A stretch of 64,000 nucleotides of DNA from Camelus dromedarius. Taxonomy: Eukaryota. The stretch lies in contig NC_087436.1 in NCBI RefSeq assembly GCF_036321535.1, positions 74,836,001 to 74,900,000 of the forward strand. Direction: 5' to 3'. Positions 26,427-39,347 of this stretch are shown one piece after another. A program made the translations under genes and the position numbers. The notes beneath the pieces were generated by a model that made no database searches, was not told the origin of the DNA, and saw only the letters and a list, made by a program, of their open reading frames with translations. Position 1 is the stretch's first letter. Each line of letters begins with the position of its first letter.

Positions 26427-27494
26427 CAGGCCTAAGGAATCTGAGAGATACTGCAATAATTCTTGTTCCTTTTTAGAAGTAGTGTTCTGTTTGACTAAAA
26501 GCATTCAAAATCTAAACAAATCTAGTAAATCTATACTCCAGGAACTCTGAAATAAGACTCCCTAGATATTCTATTTATAGTTGTTCTCCTTTGGAACACT
26601 AATGTGCAGTCGTCACACTAAGATGACATTCAAGTGCCTGATGATCCTGCCTCTCCATAAATTATTCCATTGATCCAAGAACATAAATGGTATACAAGGA
26701 ACAGAGAAGATTCAAACTCAAGGCATTTGAATTTTACACAGGTCATGATCAGGGACCAAGAGACATGTGGCCAAGACTTTAGATGGGGAAGGTAGCACCT
26801 TCTTGGAGCAAGAAGAATGTTTATTCTCTTTCAATTTTTGTGCATGGCATGGGCAAGGGAGAGAGAGACCATCTCACTTGCAACCCTCATAAGCAGAGAC
26901 TGAATGGTGTAAAATTTTAATAAAGCCAGAGAAATTAAGGGGAATACTGTGAAAAGATTAAAGCTACAGGACACCAGTCATATGGGAACAGGGTTAATGC
27001 TCACAGGATGCTGCCTCAACCAAGTTCATTATTAGAATAGGCTAATTAATTATTACATGGACTGCTCTACTCAGGTTTCCCATTTCAGTGAAAGAGCCAG
27101 CATTCTACCCTGCCAGTCCCCCTTGAATCTACTCTCATATGACAGAAGGGACACTCTTCCTGAAGGAGATTGAGAAACAGCAAAAGCAGCATTTGAACCA
27201 TGTCTTCAGAGATGAGCACCTTTGCCTGAAATGATCTTTTGCCACTGTCCCATAGGCAGAGGCCACAGAAGCTCACTGTCCTAAAGGCATCTCTTGCCCA
27301 CAGGTACAGACCTCTGCCTACTTGGGTACTTGGAGAAGGAGAATCTGCTAAGGGCAGCTGATGCTCAGTGCTCCACTGTGCAACACTGCCTTCTCCTACT
27401 TCACTCTCCCTGGTTCCTTGTCCATTGGAGAAATTGGCAGAAGCCCCACAACAGACCAAAGTTGCTGTTTTTCCAAGCAGGATGTGGGTGTATA

Positions 27495-28262
27495 TAAAGA
27501 GACCTCATGAAAAAAACCAAACCAAACCAAAACAAAACAGATGAACAAACCAAACCAAACAAAAACAAACACATAGATAGAGAGAATAGAGTAGTGGTTA
27601 CTAGAGGGGAAGTTGTGTGGGGTGAGACAGGAGGGAAAGGGCCAGGGCACAACCAGTAAAAGAATGACATAGCCTTTGAGGCTACGACATAAACTGGTTA
27701 GAACCAACTAGGCCCAAGATGATGGAAGGTTCAATTTCTCTGTAGACCTTGAGCCTCGTGATATGCAGACTCTAATCCATTAGCATAATACATGACACAC
27801 CCACAGGTGCCGTGACAGTTCCCAGGCTCACCATAAAAGGCCAAAAAGTGGGCCCTGGGCCAATTCCTGGAAATCCCTGCCCCTCCCCCAAAACAGTTGG
27901 AATAATCCTCCCACTTGTTAGAGTACGAAATTTCCCAGCCCATAAACACCAACAACCCCACACCTCGGGGCTGCTCTCCGTCTGAGACAGACCACATTCT
28001 GTCTATGGAATGCTTATCTCTGTAAATAAACTTGCTTTCACTTTACTATGGCTCACTCTAATTCTTCCCTGCATGAGACAAGAACCTACTCTCTGGTGAC
28101 CAGGGGAGAGAGAAATGGGTAAAGGGGATCAACTGTATGGTGAAGGATGGATATGAAACTTTTGGCGGTGAGCATGCTGTAGTGTACATCGAAATTGAAA
28201 TATACTATTGTACACGTGAAACATATAATGTTACAAACCAATGTTATCTCAATTTAAAAAAA
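27495..28262 (+). mobile_element. L1 3' UTR, split by the MER41-like LTR
   Basis: agagtagtggttactagagggg...aaatgggtaaaggggatcaactgtatggtga...ttatctcaatttaaaaaaa. Confidence 0.8.
27623..28102 (+). mobile_element. ERV1 solo LTR, MER41-like
   Basis: TG...CA, 480 bp; 4-bp TSD GGGG (27619-27622 / 28103-28106); AATAAA at ~28025; MER41-like core gacacacccacaggtgccgtgacagtt. Confidence 0.85.
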
Positions 28263-28544
28263 GTTACCTTCTGGCATCCACTGTGAAACTGGCCTAGGGG
28301 ACTTAAGCTTCCAGGAGCATGCTTTGCAGGATCATATAAGAGCAGCTGGTAAAGAACGTTGTGGCAGGACTTCATGATTTGCACACAACTCCCAGAAGGG
28401 ACTGCCCACCATCTCTTCTACTTGTGGATCAAGGCAAATCAGCATTCTCCACACCCAAGATGGTCTAGACCAGTCAGAATTATTTTTGCCTCAGCTCGAC
28501 CTAAGCAGCTTTCTTTTTCCTTAAGCACACACTCAAGTGTCTTG

Positions 28545-28745
28545 AGAGGCAGTATTGCATAACAGTGGGCAAAAGCAGGAGCTCCTGATTCAGGTTGCAA
28601 GAGCTCAAAACCCTGCATCAGTCTTTCCTACTGTGTGACCTTATGCAAATTACTTAATTTCTCAGCATTTTACTTGCCTGGAAGTGGAGATAATCATAGT
28701 GTCTATCTCTGTGGGGGTGTTGTGAGGATTAGATGAGCTATTGCC
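28545..28745 (+). mobile_element. MIR SINE
   Basis: Core ctgtgtgaccttatgcaaattacttaatttctc...gttgtgaggattagatgag. Confidence 0.8.
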
Positions 28746-28954
28746 TATGCTTGGCCTTCTCCATTTAAAAGGCACTATTTAAGGTTTGAAAAGTGAATCA
28801 TGAGTTTACTATCTCATTGTTAAGGCAAGGAAAAGCCCATCAAAAGAAAACTGCCTCTCTTGAGTGCTGACAGACTGTCTTCTCTCTTGGGCCTCCTTCG
28901 TTAGTACCTGACTATCCCCTCACAGATGTGAATACTTTCGTTATGCTCTACCTC

Positions 28955-29244
28955 AGGTCCCAAACTCAGATGCCTACAGGGGCCAGGCAAGCGGTATAAA
29001 TGAGCGATTTCTCAGTAAGCCTGTGGGCAGCTCTGGAGACAGGAGTGAACTGGAGAAAACACACCCAGTACGAGGGGCCAGCTGTTATTCCCTGCCATTG
29101 GATTGTTGCCATGTGGGATTTTTCAAAAGAAGCCAGAAAGCCAGATTTTCTATACAATTTTATGATAAAAAAAAAATCGTGTGGGAAAACCCCAGCACAT
29201 CTGTAGACCAGATCTGTCCCACTGACCATAACTGTACAACCTCT
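28955..29244 (-). mobile_element. MER102-like hAT-Charlie element
   Basis: caaactcagatgcctacaggggccaggca at one end; ttttcaaaagaagccagaaagccagatttt internally; caacctct at the other end. Confidence 0.75.
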
Positions 29245-29916
29245 TTTCTACAGTTTATACAGTATATTCACATTCTTCTCTAACTTTCACAAGAAGCAAA
29301 AGTCTTTCCATTTTCCAGATGAGGACATTAAGGCTTTTAGCAGTGGTCCCCTCATCATCACTCAGATGTGGATGAAACAGCTTGCACTGAAGCCCATCTT
29401 TCTTTCCAAATGAGTCCTGTACTTTCAATCACACAGTGCCCTCTTCCCTTCTAATGAGCCAAGGATAATATGCTGAAAGTTTAGCATTGCTTTCCAAAGG
29501 GACCGACTTCAGTACTACTCCAGTTAGAAATGGTTGAAAGAGGTCCTATAGAAGAAAATCTTTAGGGCTTCTCTTTTGGGGGATGCCTTTTGGAGAAGAA
29601 TCTCTAGGAGAAGAAAGTTTAGACTCTCAATTAACTAGCCCTATAAAAATGGCTCAACATGGCAATTACCTTTTTCAAGGCCTGATCCAGATGTCTCTGG
29701 CGGTCCTCAGCAAGTGGGCGATTTAAGCCTTTGAAACAGTATTTAATTTCTTTTTTCATCACATGTGCAACAATTGAATGGAAAAGTTCTGAAGTTAAGA
29801 CAGGGAATGCCCAGATTCTGGTACTGCTTTACAAATGGGTCACCCAAAGTGGGATTCTAACATGAAAGAAGCAAGCACCACCCCCAGTGATCCTTCATTT
29901 TGAGAATTACTCCCAG

Positions 29917-30363
29917 AGTTGGTTCAGATCCTCCAAGAGTCAAAACCAGGATGGATTAGACATGCAAGATACAGGGCAATACCTGTGAAGTGTAAAGGAG
30001 AAAGAAGCAGAAATACGCGGGGAGAAATTTCAGACCATCTTGCAGGACTGACGCCTGTAACAGGAGAGAGGGAAGCAAGGGTTGGTTACGAAGAGCCTCA
30101 GTCTGCAGTGTGGTTCTGAGAAAGGGGCGACCAGGCAGTTCTGGAGCCAAAATTGCCTGTGAGATGAAACTTCCAGAAGGGCTGGCCGGCTTCAGAACTC
30201 CTAATGTGCTCCGTCGTTGGTTTTGAGAACCTCAGTCCCCTTGGCATCTTAGTGAACACAAGGGCGGGTCCAGAAAGCAGCATCTGAGGTTGCCAGTCAG
30301 CTAGGTTTTCTGCAGCTGGTTTCTTGATGGAACATCAGCATAGGGCACCTCCATGGCCACAAC
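29917..30363 (-). mobile_element. ERV-L solo LTR (LTR16B/D-like)
   Basis: Antisense LTR16-type sequence ending cacctccatggccacaaca; related to 22606-22984. Confidence 0.7.
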
Positions 30364-30904
30364 ACTCTCCTTGCCTGGATACAACCCAGGTGACTCAAAA
30401 CAGAGCTGCAGTTTGCTCTCTAGATGACTGAAGGGGCCTGGTGGAAACTAATAGATTATCTTTTTCTTTCCTGCTTGAATTCTTAAATATAGACCCAGCA
30501 CAAAAGCCAGCAGATGGTAGCCAAAATACCGTCTTTTCTACTGAGTAGCCAGATGTTGGATAAAATGGCTTATATCTGCAGGGCAGTGGGCTTCTCAAAA
30601 CTAAGCCCAGAGTTAGACACTTCACCATTCCAGCAACACTGACCACTACAGGACTCTAAGTCACGAGTTGCCTCTAGAAAACAGACAGGCAGGAATGGGA
30701 GAGAACACATGTTTCCTGTGGGAAGCCTCACTCCCGAAGGAAAGAGGAACTAGCTGGACTACACATACCCAGTCTAGCCTTTCAAGGAGGAGTGGAGGAG
30801 GACAGGAGTAGTGAGAGAAAATCCAAGAGTGTTTTAGCTGCAGGAGCCTCTACGTGCAAGGAAAGTTCAGAAACCAGGAAAGACTGTTCTCCTCTTTCTG
30901 TCTG

Positions 30905-31730
30905 ATTCTAGTTTGAGTTCCCTCCAGACAGCCAAAGACTTGAGTGCAGGAGGTTTATCTGTAGTATCTGGAGCAAAAGTGAGGAGTAGGGAGAGAGATG
31001 GGGAAAATGTCATAGATTATTTTTCCTAGATGCAGGTTCTAGGCAGAGTTTGGGGTGCAAGATACTTCTTAAGAATCGGTGTCTGTGAAAGGAGGGATGA
31101 AGAAGCAGGATTGGGCAGTTACATTGTGTTGCAGGCCTGACAAGACTTTGTCATTGGAGCAGGGAGCTCTGGAGCAAATATTGCCCATAGCATCATTCCT
31201 GCATGGGGCCAAAATGCCCACACCTTTGTACCCTCATCTCACATCAGATGTGAGTTTCCCAAGAAGGGCATGGCCTCACGTGAGACAACTCTGTGATTAA
31301 GGCAGACACCACAGGAGCTGACATCTGCGGCTGCTGGCCACACTCTCTGGATCACGCAGTGCATCTCTTTGTCTGTCACAGGAAGAAAACCAATATGGTT
31401 GAGCAGGATACTGCTGTAGGCAACTGTGGTTCAATTTCCCTGGGGACTCTCTGGGTATCTGCTGAGAATATACCTCAGGATTGTCCTACTATGGGATGAG
31501 GAGGCTAGAGTATTTTTCCAGTGACTTCCACCTGTCATTGGTTGAGAGATACCCCAAAGGGCATTCTAGTCCTTGGCACTTCCAGACAAGCACCTTTAGC
31601 ACCAGAGAAAACCCTCAGGCAGAGCAGCTCAGATAGATGCTTGAGGTGGGAGGCTGTCCAGTGGCAGTTGCAGACCAGCTTGAAAGTGACCAGGGTCATG
31701 TAGAATGAGGTCGACAAACAGCATCTGCCA
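30905..31730 (-). mobile_element. LTR33-like ERV-L LTR interrupted by an LTR16-like LTR
   Basis: tagtttgagttccctccagacag...gacttgagtgcaggaggtttat stops at ~31007 and resumes at 31381 (aaccaatatggttgagcagg...gcaactgtggttcaat). Confidence 0.65.
31008..31380 (-). mobile_element. ERV-L solo LTR (LTR16A-like), nested
   Basis: tgtc...caca termini; gaagcaggattgggcag and gggagctctggagcaaatattgccc motifs. Confidence 0.7.
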
Positions 31731-33084
31731 TACTTGAATATATCTAACAATGTCATCTGTTTTATGGTAAAGATAAGGGGCAATTCTGAGTTTCTGCTGC
31801 ATTGGGGTTTTAACCAGTGAGTATCTGATTCTGTGATTGATCCAGTTCCAGAATATGTGAGTTCTGACTTTCATCCTAGTCGCAGAGAATGAAGAGTGTG
31901 AATGATGACTGATAGGGCTATGGGTGATGTGAGGCATCGATCCCATTGAGGGCAGGAGCCAGTACAATTCAGGTTTTATTTAGAACAGTCTTTGGCTTTC
32001 AGTAGGGATGTAGAGTCTACTATGTGGAAACAAAGGTTTGGTGTGGGAAGTGTTTGAGTCTCTTCCTAGTCATCTGGTAGTTCAGTATTAACCATTCTGC
32101 ACCACGCACAGAGAAGAAGCCTTGAAAAGGACTGGACCTGAAGTGCCCTACTTTCTTGGGGGTTGTCCTGTGGAAGCCCACCCCTCCCCAGCCTCTCCAT
32201 ATGTGGTGTGATCTGCCAAAATGAAAGGTACATGTGTGAATGCCTGCAGACAGATTTCTAGAAGCTGAGCTTCTTGTATGACCCACAACTTCTAAGTCTA
32301 AACCTCTAGAATTTCTACCCCTATTTAATCAAGTCTCTACTGATTGGAATTCAAGTCTTTAGTGATAGTTGGTCTACAGCTGATGCCAACGGGACTGTTG
32401 TCTTCCCTAGTGTTTAAAAGGGAGTTATTCCTTTCTTGGGTGAAATCAGGACACCATGGATCCAGTGGAGAGGGAGGCTTAAAGAGCTGTCTGAGAGGCA
32501 GACTGCTTAAAGCACTTCTGTGTTTTCTCTAGAGAGCAATGGCTTCTAGACCATTTTTCAGTGTCCCTCTGCCCTGTAGGGCTAATAATGCACAAGCCAT
32601 CTGTGCTGCCTAGGAAGCTATCTCCTTCCCATAGCCTGTGCTGTCCAGGAAGCTGACTATTCCTCCTCCTTCATGAAGGGAACATGGCTCAATTTGTAAT
32701 TACTTTTCACTTTTTAGTAGATGCACTTCCAGCAGTCTGGGTGGCGTAACTTGGCTAAGAGTCAAGTTAAAATTTGCAACTATTTGCAGTTGCAACTTGT
32801 CCTTACAAAATTGTAATTATATAATACAAAGAGCTTGGGGAATGAAATAGTGTCTTTTCATTATACCTAAAAAGTGAGTATGACAGAAACAAAAATACTA
32901 ACACATGTATCCCCAGCCCATGTACCTCCCCAACTTGTGAAGGGAAATCTGTCATCATCCACTGAGCTCTGACACCCCATCCAACTCAATCTGTCCAGAA
33001 GTATCTGGATCCTGGACCTCATAGGCAGAAAGATTAAAGAATAAGGGAGAAGAAATATTTAATCTGAAATTTGAAGCATGCCCT

Positions 33085-33503
33085 AACCCGTCCTCTCCAT
33101 TTCAGTGAATGGCACAATCATTTTACCTTGGCCCTCATAACCAATCAATCCATCAGCAAGTCCTGTAGAATTTAACTCTAAAACATTTGGAATCAGCTTG
33201 TTCTTTCCTCTCCACTGCCACCTTTCTCAACAAAGTACCCTCATCTCCCTATAGCTGGCCTACCTGCATCCATTATACCATTAAAATAATCCTCTCCAAA
33301 GAAATCAGCATAATTTTTTCATAGAAACTTAGACTTATTCATTATCCTTCTATTTAAAACATGTCTTGACTTCCCATTGCTCTTAGAATTAAATTCAAGC
33401 CTTTGAGGTGCTATAAAACTCCACATGATCTGGCCTCTACATGCTTCTTCACTTCACCTCAATTCATCTCCACTTCCTCATTGAATTCCAGACACTTCAA
33501 GCT
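33085..33503 (+). mobile_element. LINE-2 fragment
   Basis: tcagtgaatggcac...aatccatcagcaagtcctgt...cttcccattgctcttagaattaaattcaa...catgatctggcc. Confidence 0.8.
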
Positions 33504-33504
33504 T

Positions 33505-33870
33505 TGTCTTGGATTGGGTGCTCCTGAAAGCAGAGCCTGAGACAAGGATTTGTATGTGCTAGTTTATTTTGGAGGGGAGCAGTAGAGAGGAGAGATGAGA
33601 CAGGGAAGACAGTAAATCCAAAAAAACCCCAAAAACGGTGCTTTAAGAAGTGGGTTACTCCTGTGGGCAACTGGGGCTTGTTCCCACTGGGACTCTTAAA
33701 GAACAATGTGAAATACACTTTGCATTGTCTATTGATGGGCAAGGAAACGGGTATTCACCCATCCACTCCCGTTCCTCATTGATTGAGGATCACAACTGGG
33801 AATGTTGACTCCCTGGTAGTTTTACGCATCCCCATATTACAGCCAATCTTGTTCCCATGGAAACAGAATG
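33505..33870 (-). mobile_element. LTR33-like ERV-L LTR
   Basis: tgtcttggattgggtgctcctgaaagcagagcctgagacaaggatttg...tagtttattttggaggg. Confidence 0.8.
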
Positions 33871-34730
33871 AAGAGCCATAGCCTGAATTTGCTGCAGAGT
33901 CTTCTCTTGCTCTGGCTCCTAAAGCATAGATGGCACTTCCTTAATTGGGCCATGCTGGCTCTTGATCCTCACTATTGGCCTAGAGGTCATGAGGAGAGAT
34001 GGGGTCAAAATTTAGGACAACATCATCTTGCAAGACATATGCCTCAGGTGAGACCTTGCATGTTACCAGGTAGTGGGGGCCCGTATGCTCTAGTAAGGGG
34101 CCATGGGGCAATTCTATTGTCCCCAGAGTGTTTAGGGGAATGTGGGCATTTAGAGTTCTTAAGTGCATCCCTATCATAGGTTTTACTCACTCCTTTCTTA
34201 TAGGGCCAGACTTTAGCATAGAAGATGTTCTGGGACTATGAGTTCAGCCTTATTTATAATTCTGCTATTCTGTAGTCAGGTATTGGGCCTGAATTTCATC
34301 ACAGGCTGTCCTCAAGCTGCAGATACTGACCACTTTAAATGCTGCACCAACCTTGATGAAAAGCTATCCTCTATGAGCTGAAACTGACAATAAGAGAAGC
34401 TGTTATGGACCTGGGCTCCTGGAAGCAATGGGGATGATAGAACCTCGGAAGAGCAGAGATCAAATGACCACACTTAACCCTCTGAACAAGATGGAAAGAA
34501 TGACCACAAAGAACAAAAAGGCTGGAATGACCCTCAGGGAGGCCTGACCCACAGTCATCTATGGAGATGATTTGTATAGAACGGCATTCCTAGAACAGCC
34601 CACAAGATTAGTCTTTATATAAAGGGCAATCAAGAACACATGAGCAAAAGTGTGATGTCAGTTGTCCCAGCAGGAAATCATAATCTCTTGCTATCCTTTT
34701 CACGATTTAATATTCTGGAGCCCTAGTTAA
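33871..34730. mobile_element. ERV-L internal remnants in two orientations (minus ~33871-34292, plus ~34340-34730)
   Basis: Minus part includes ccagagcaagagaagactctgcagcaaattcaggct (PEQEKTLQQIQA, pol-like) and gag-like sequence; plus part resembles 13020-13200 and 25030-25220. Confidence 0.6.
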
Positions 34731-34802
34731 CTTAGGAATTGCATTTGTTACCCTAAGTGATACTATATTTTTCTTCCAGATAGGACAGTGGTTTCTGCTT
34801 TT

Positions 34803-36919
34803 TTTTTGTTTTTTAACATATTTTTATTGAGTTATAGTCAGTTTACAATGTTGTGTCAATTTCCAGTGTAGAGCACAATTTTTCAGTTATATGTGAACAT
34901 ACGTATATTAATTGTCACATTTTTTTTTGCTATGAGCTACCACAAGATCTTGTATATATTTCCCTGTGCTATACACTATAATCTTGTTTATCTATTTTAT
35001 ATATGCCTGTCAGTATCTACAAATTTTGAAATCCCAGTCTGTCCCTTCCCACCCCCCACCCCCCTGACAATCACAAGTTTGGATTCTATGACTATGAGTC
35101 TGTTTCTGTTTTGTATTTATGTTCATTTTTTTTAACTCCACGTATGAGCAATCTCATATGGTATTTTTCTTTCTCTTTCTGGCTTACTTCACTTAGAATG
35201 ACATTCTCCAGGGACATCCATGTTGCTGCAAATGGCATTATGTTGTCATTTTTATGGCTGAATAGTATTCCATTGTATAAATATACCACTTCTTCTTTAT
35301 CCAGTCATCTGTAGATGGACATTTAGGCTGTTTCCATGTCTTGGCTATTTTAAATACTGCTGCTATGAACATTGGGGAGCAGCTGTCTTTTTGAAGTAGG
35401 GTTCCTTCTGGATATATGCCCAGGAGCAGGATTCCTGGGTCATATGGTAAGTCTATTCCTAGTCTTTTGAAGAATCTCCATACTGTTTTCCACAGTGGCT
35501 GCACCAAACTGCATTCCCACCAGCAGCGTAGGAGGGTTCCCTTTTCTCCACAGCCTCTCCAGCATTTGTCATTTGTGGACTTCTGAATGATGGCCATTTT
35601 AGCTGGTGTGAGGTGATACCTCATCATAGGTTTGATTTGCATTTCCCTGATAATTAGTGATATTGAGCACTTTTTCATGTGCCTTGGAGAATTGCTTGTT
35701 TAGGTCTTCTGCCCATTTTTGGATTGGGTTGTTTGTTTCTTATTAATTTGTATGAGCTGCTTATATATTCTGCAGATCAAACCTTTGTCAGTTTCATCTT
35801 TTGCAAAAATTTTCTCCCATTCCGTAGGTTGTCGTTTTGTTTTACTTACGGTTTCCTTTGCTGTGCAGAAGCTTGTAAGTTTAACTAGGTCCCATTTGTT
35901 TATTCTTGCTTTATTTCTATTGCTTGGGTAGACTGCCCTAGGAGAACATTTTTGAGATGTATGTCAGATAATGTTTTGCCTATATTTTCTTCTAGGAGGT
36001 TTATTGTATTTTGTCTTATGTTTAAGTCTTTGATCCATTTTGAGTTGATTTTTGTGTATGGTGTAGGGAGTGTTCTGGCTTCATTGTTTTACATGCTGCT
36101 GTCCAGTTTTCCCAACACCATTTGCTGAAGAGACTGTCTTTGTTCCATTGTATATTCTTGCCTCCTTTGTCGAAGATTAGTTGACCAAAAGTTTGTGGGT
36201 TCATTTCTGGGCTCTCTATTCTGTTCTGTTGGTCCATATGTCTGTTTTTGTACCAATACCATGCTGTCTTGATTACTGTAGCTGTATAGTTTTGTCTGAA
36301 GTCTGGAAGAGTTATTCCTCCAGCCTCTTTCTTTTTCTTCAGTAATGTTTTGGCAATTCTAGGTCTTTGATGGTTCCATATAAATTTTATTATGATTTTT
36401 TCTAGTTCTGTGAAATATGTCCTGGGTAATTTGATAGGGATTGCATTAAATCTGTAGATTGCTTTGGGCAGTGTGACCACTTTAACAATATTGATTCTTC
36501 CAATCCAGGAGAATGGGATATCTTTCCATTTTTTAAAGTCTTCTTTAATTTCCTTAATCAGTGTTTTATAGTTCTCCATGTATAAGTCTTTCACCTCTTT
36601 GGTTAGATTTATTCCTAGGTACTTTATTACTTTGGGTGCCATTTTAAAGGGGATTGTTTCTTTACTTTCTTTTCCTGTTGATTCATCATTAGTGTAAAGA
36701 AATGCAACTGATTTTTGTATGCTAATCTTGTAACCTGCTACCTTGCTGAATTCTTTGCTTAGTTCTAGTAGTTTTTGTGTGGAACTTTTAGGGTTTTCTA
36801 TATACAGTATCATGCCATCTGCATATAGTGACACTTTTACCTCTTCTTTTCCAATTTGGATCCCTTTTATTTCTCTCTCTTGCCTGATTGCTGTGACTAG
36901 GACTTCCAAGAATATGTTG
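34803..36919 (-). mobile_element. Young 5'-truncated L1 (~2.1 kb; RT core to 3' end)
   Basis: 13-bp TSD ggtttctgctttt (34790-34802 / 36920-36932); ORF 36022-36909 with [10 protein letters not shown] (YADD mutated); ORF 35238-35678 is the ORF2 C-terminus. Confidence 0.97.
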
Positions 36920-36954
36920 GGTTTCTGCTTTTACATCTAGGGATATACACTTGC

Positions 36955-37446
36955 TTTCTTTTTGTTGTTTTTTGCTTGTTTGTTTGTTTTTATTCAAGTA
37001 TAATTGATTTACAATATTATGTTAATTTCTAGTGCACAGCATAGTGATTCATATATATATATATTCCTTTTCATATTCTTTTTCATTATAGGCCATTACA
37101 AGGTATTGAATATATTTCCCTGTACTATACAGTAGGACCTTGCTGTTTTACTTATTTTACATACAGTAGTTTGTATCTCCAAATCTCAGTCTCCCAGTTT
37201 ATCCCTTCCCACCTCCTTGTCCCCCAGTAAACATAAGTTTGTTTTCTATGTCTCTGAGTCTGTCTCTGTTTTATAAATAAGTTCATTTGTGTCTTTTTTT
37301 TCTTTTTTAGATTCCTCATATAAGTGATATCATATGGTATTTTTCTTTCTCTTTCTGACTTACTTCACTAAGTATGACAACCTTTAGGTTCATCTATGTT
37401 GTCACAAGTGGCATTTTTATCCCTTTTCATGTCTGAGTAGTATTCC

Positions 37447-37483
<37 letters not shown>

Positions 37484-37522
37484 ACACACATACATACATA
37501 TACACTATAACTTCTTTATTCA
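36955..37522 (-). mobile_element. L1 3' UTR (intermediate age) with embedded (TG)n at ~37449-37481
   Basis: T-rich tail, then ttattcaagtataattgatttacaatattatgttaatttctagtgcacagcatagtgattc. Confidence 0.85.
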
Positions 37523-39124
37523 GTTAGCTGAACCCTTTCTTGTTTGGATGAGTCCATGTGCCTACTGCCATGTTTATATGGTCCACTGGGGTCCTTTCCA
37601 GGCTGCCTTGGAGCTACCAATCAATTTCCCCTCACAGACTTTCCTACTCTGTAAAATGAATTATAATTTCATAATGGATTGGAAGCACATTTACTTCTTT
37701 GCTACTCTATATAAGTCTTTGGGCATATAGACAATATTCAGAGTATGATATTGGGTAGAAACAAAGGTTATGTTATGTTAATGTAATTTCGAATATTTAG
37801 TGATTTGAGCAAGGCTACCTTTAAGAGCATTAGGTCTGACTCTCATTGCATCTCTCATTGCATCAACATTTTTTAAATGAGGATATAGCCCCTTGATTGG
37901 CAGAGAGTTGGCAATGATTGAAGCAGAAGTTCAACTGTACAACCTACAGTTGACAGACTATCATCAGAGCATGGTTGTATAATCCAAAATTTAGGGTCAT
38001 TCCCTTTATTTTCCTTACCAGAAAGTACATAAGGCTTCCAGCTAATGGGTACCTCCAAGAGTCCCCATTCCTGCTGGCAGACAGAAGGCATCCAGGGTCT
38101 GATTCAGCACATTTGTGGTCAGGATTTTGAATAAAATTAAGAGCCTCCTTTTGAAATGGGGGCCAGAGGGGACTTCCAAATGCCTTGAGGTTGCTCAGTG
38201 TCCTCAGCTAATTATACTGTCCTCCCAAATATGTAAAAGAGGAACCAGGCTCATGCAAAAAGAGTGGGATTCCCCTTTTGGCTCACAGTGGATTTTTAAG
38301 CCTTTATTCTAAACATAATATTCTTTCTTCCCCAGCTCTCCTCCTGTTTCAATCCTTTCTGTCTTTTCCCTCTTTTAAAATAAACAAGGCACTTATGGGC
38401 CCATCCCTGTCCGGTGATTAGATCATCCACCAACCATCTTGGTATGTACAATATCTACCACTAATGTCCCCATTGCTTGGGGTGTCAGAAGGGAGCTAAG
38501 ATCGGGTGGGGGGTCAGAGAATCCTGAGGAGTTTTCCTAGAAGACGTCTGTGGTCCTATAGCATCTCTTGAAATCAATACTGTCAGAGAGGACCATATTT
38601 CTGGCCAGTAGACTATTCAGAAAATCACAGAATACTCTGTGGGCCTGGACATTTCAAGCTCTATCTGCTCCAACTGTCTTGTCTTTTAAGCAAGGATCCT
38701 AAGATTCTTAACTATAAACATACTATAAAAAGTTAATAAATGTGGGTGGCTTGATCCTGAGAGGGCTCAAGGGGTTTGCCTGAAGAAACCCAGCCAGCTC
38801 CTGGCAGAGCTGAAACCAGCCAGCAGATTTCCCTCCCTATGCAATGTTCTTTCTTGTGGACTGCAAGCTTGTTCATGTTTGTATGTTCCTGTTGTGGCCC
38901 AGCTGACCTCCAGATCAAACAGATGTATGCCCAAACAAAAATCCCCATGCACTTATTTCTAGGACATCATCCCACCCACAGGCTTCCGAGCACAACGGGT
39001 CCAGGGACACTGAGTAAGGTCTTTTCCATCCCCCCCTTCCACCTTCCTCTACGCCCAAAAGTCCAGTCTTTGGGACAGAATTCTTTATATCCAAACCAAC
39101 AGGCTGCTCTGTGAGGTCCTTAGA

Positions 39125-39347
39125 GAGTTGACCCTTGGACAACACAGGTTTGAACTGTGTGGGTCCACTAATCTACAGATTTCTTTTCTTTTTCATTAAA
39201 TAGTACTACAGTACCATACAATCTGCCATTGGTTGAATCCAGAGTGCAGAACCACAGATACAGAAGGCTGACTATACAGCTAAGTGTGGATTTTCAATTG
39301 CAAGGAGGGTCAGGATTCTTAATCCACAGCTGTTCAAGGGTCAACTG
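39125..39347 (+). mobile_element. Tigger2-type MITE
   Basis: TIRs agttgacccttggacaac / tgttcaagggtcaactg followed by TA. Confidence 0.9.

Noticed and set aside
36022..36909. 295-aa ORF as a functional reverse transcriptase gene
   Set aside because: Part of a 5'-truncated L1: no promoter, ORF1 or EN domain; catalytic YADD is YADG; frameshift downstream.
37841..37864. 12-bp tandem duplication tctcattgcatc x2
   Set aside because: Ordinary slippage; no array structure.
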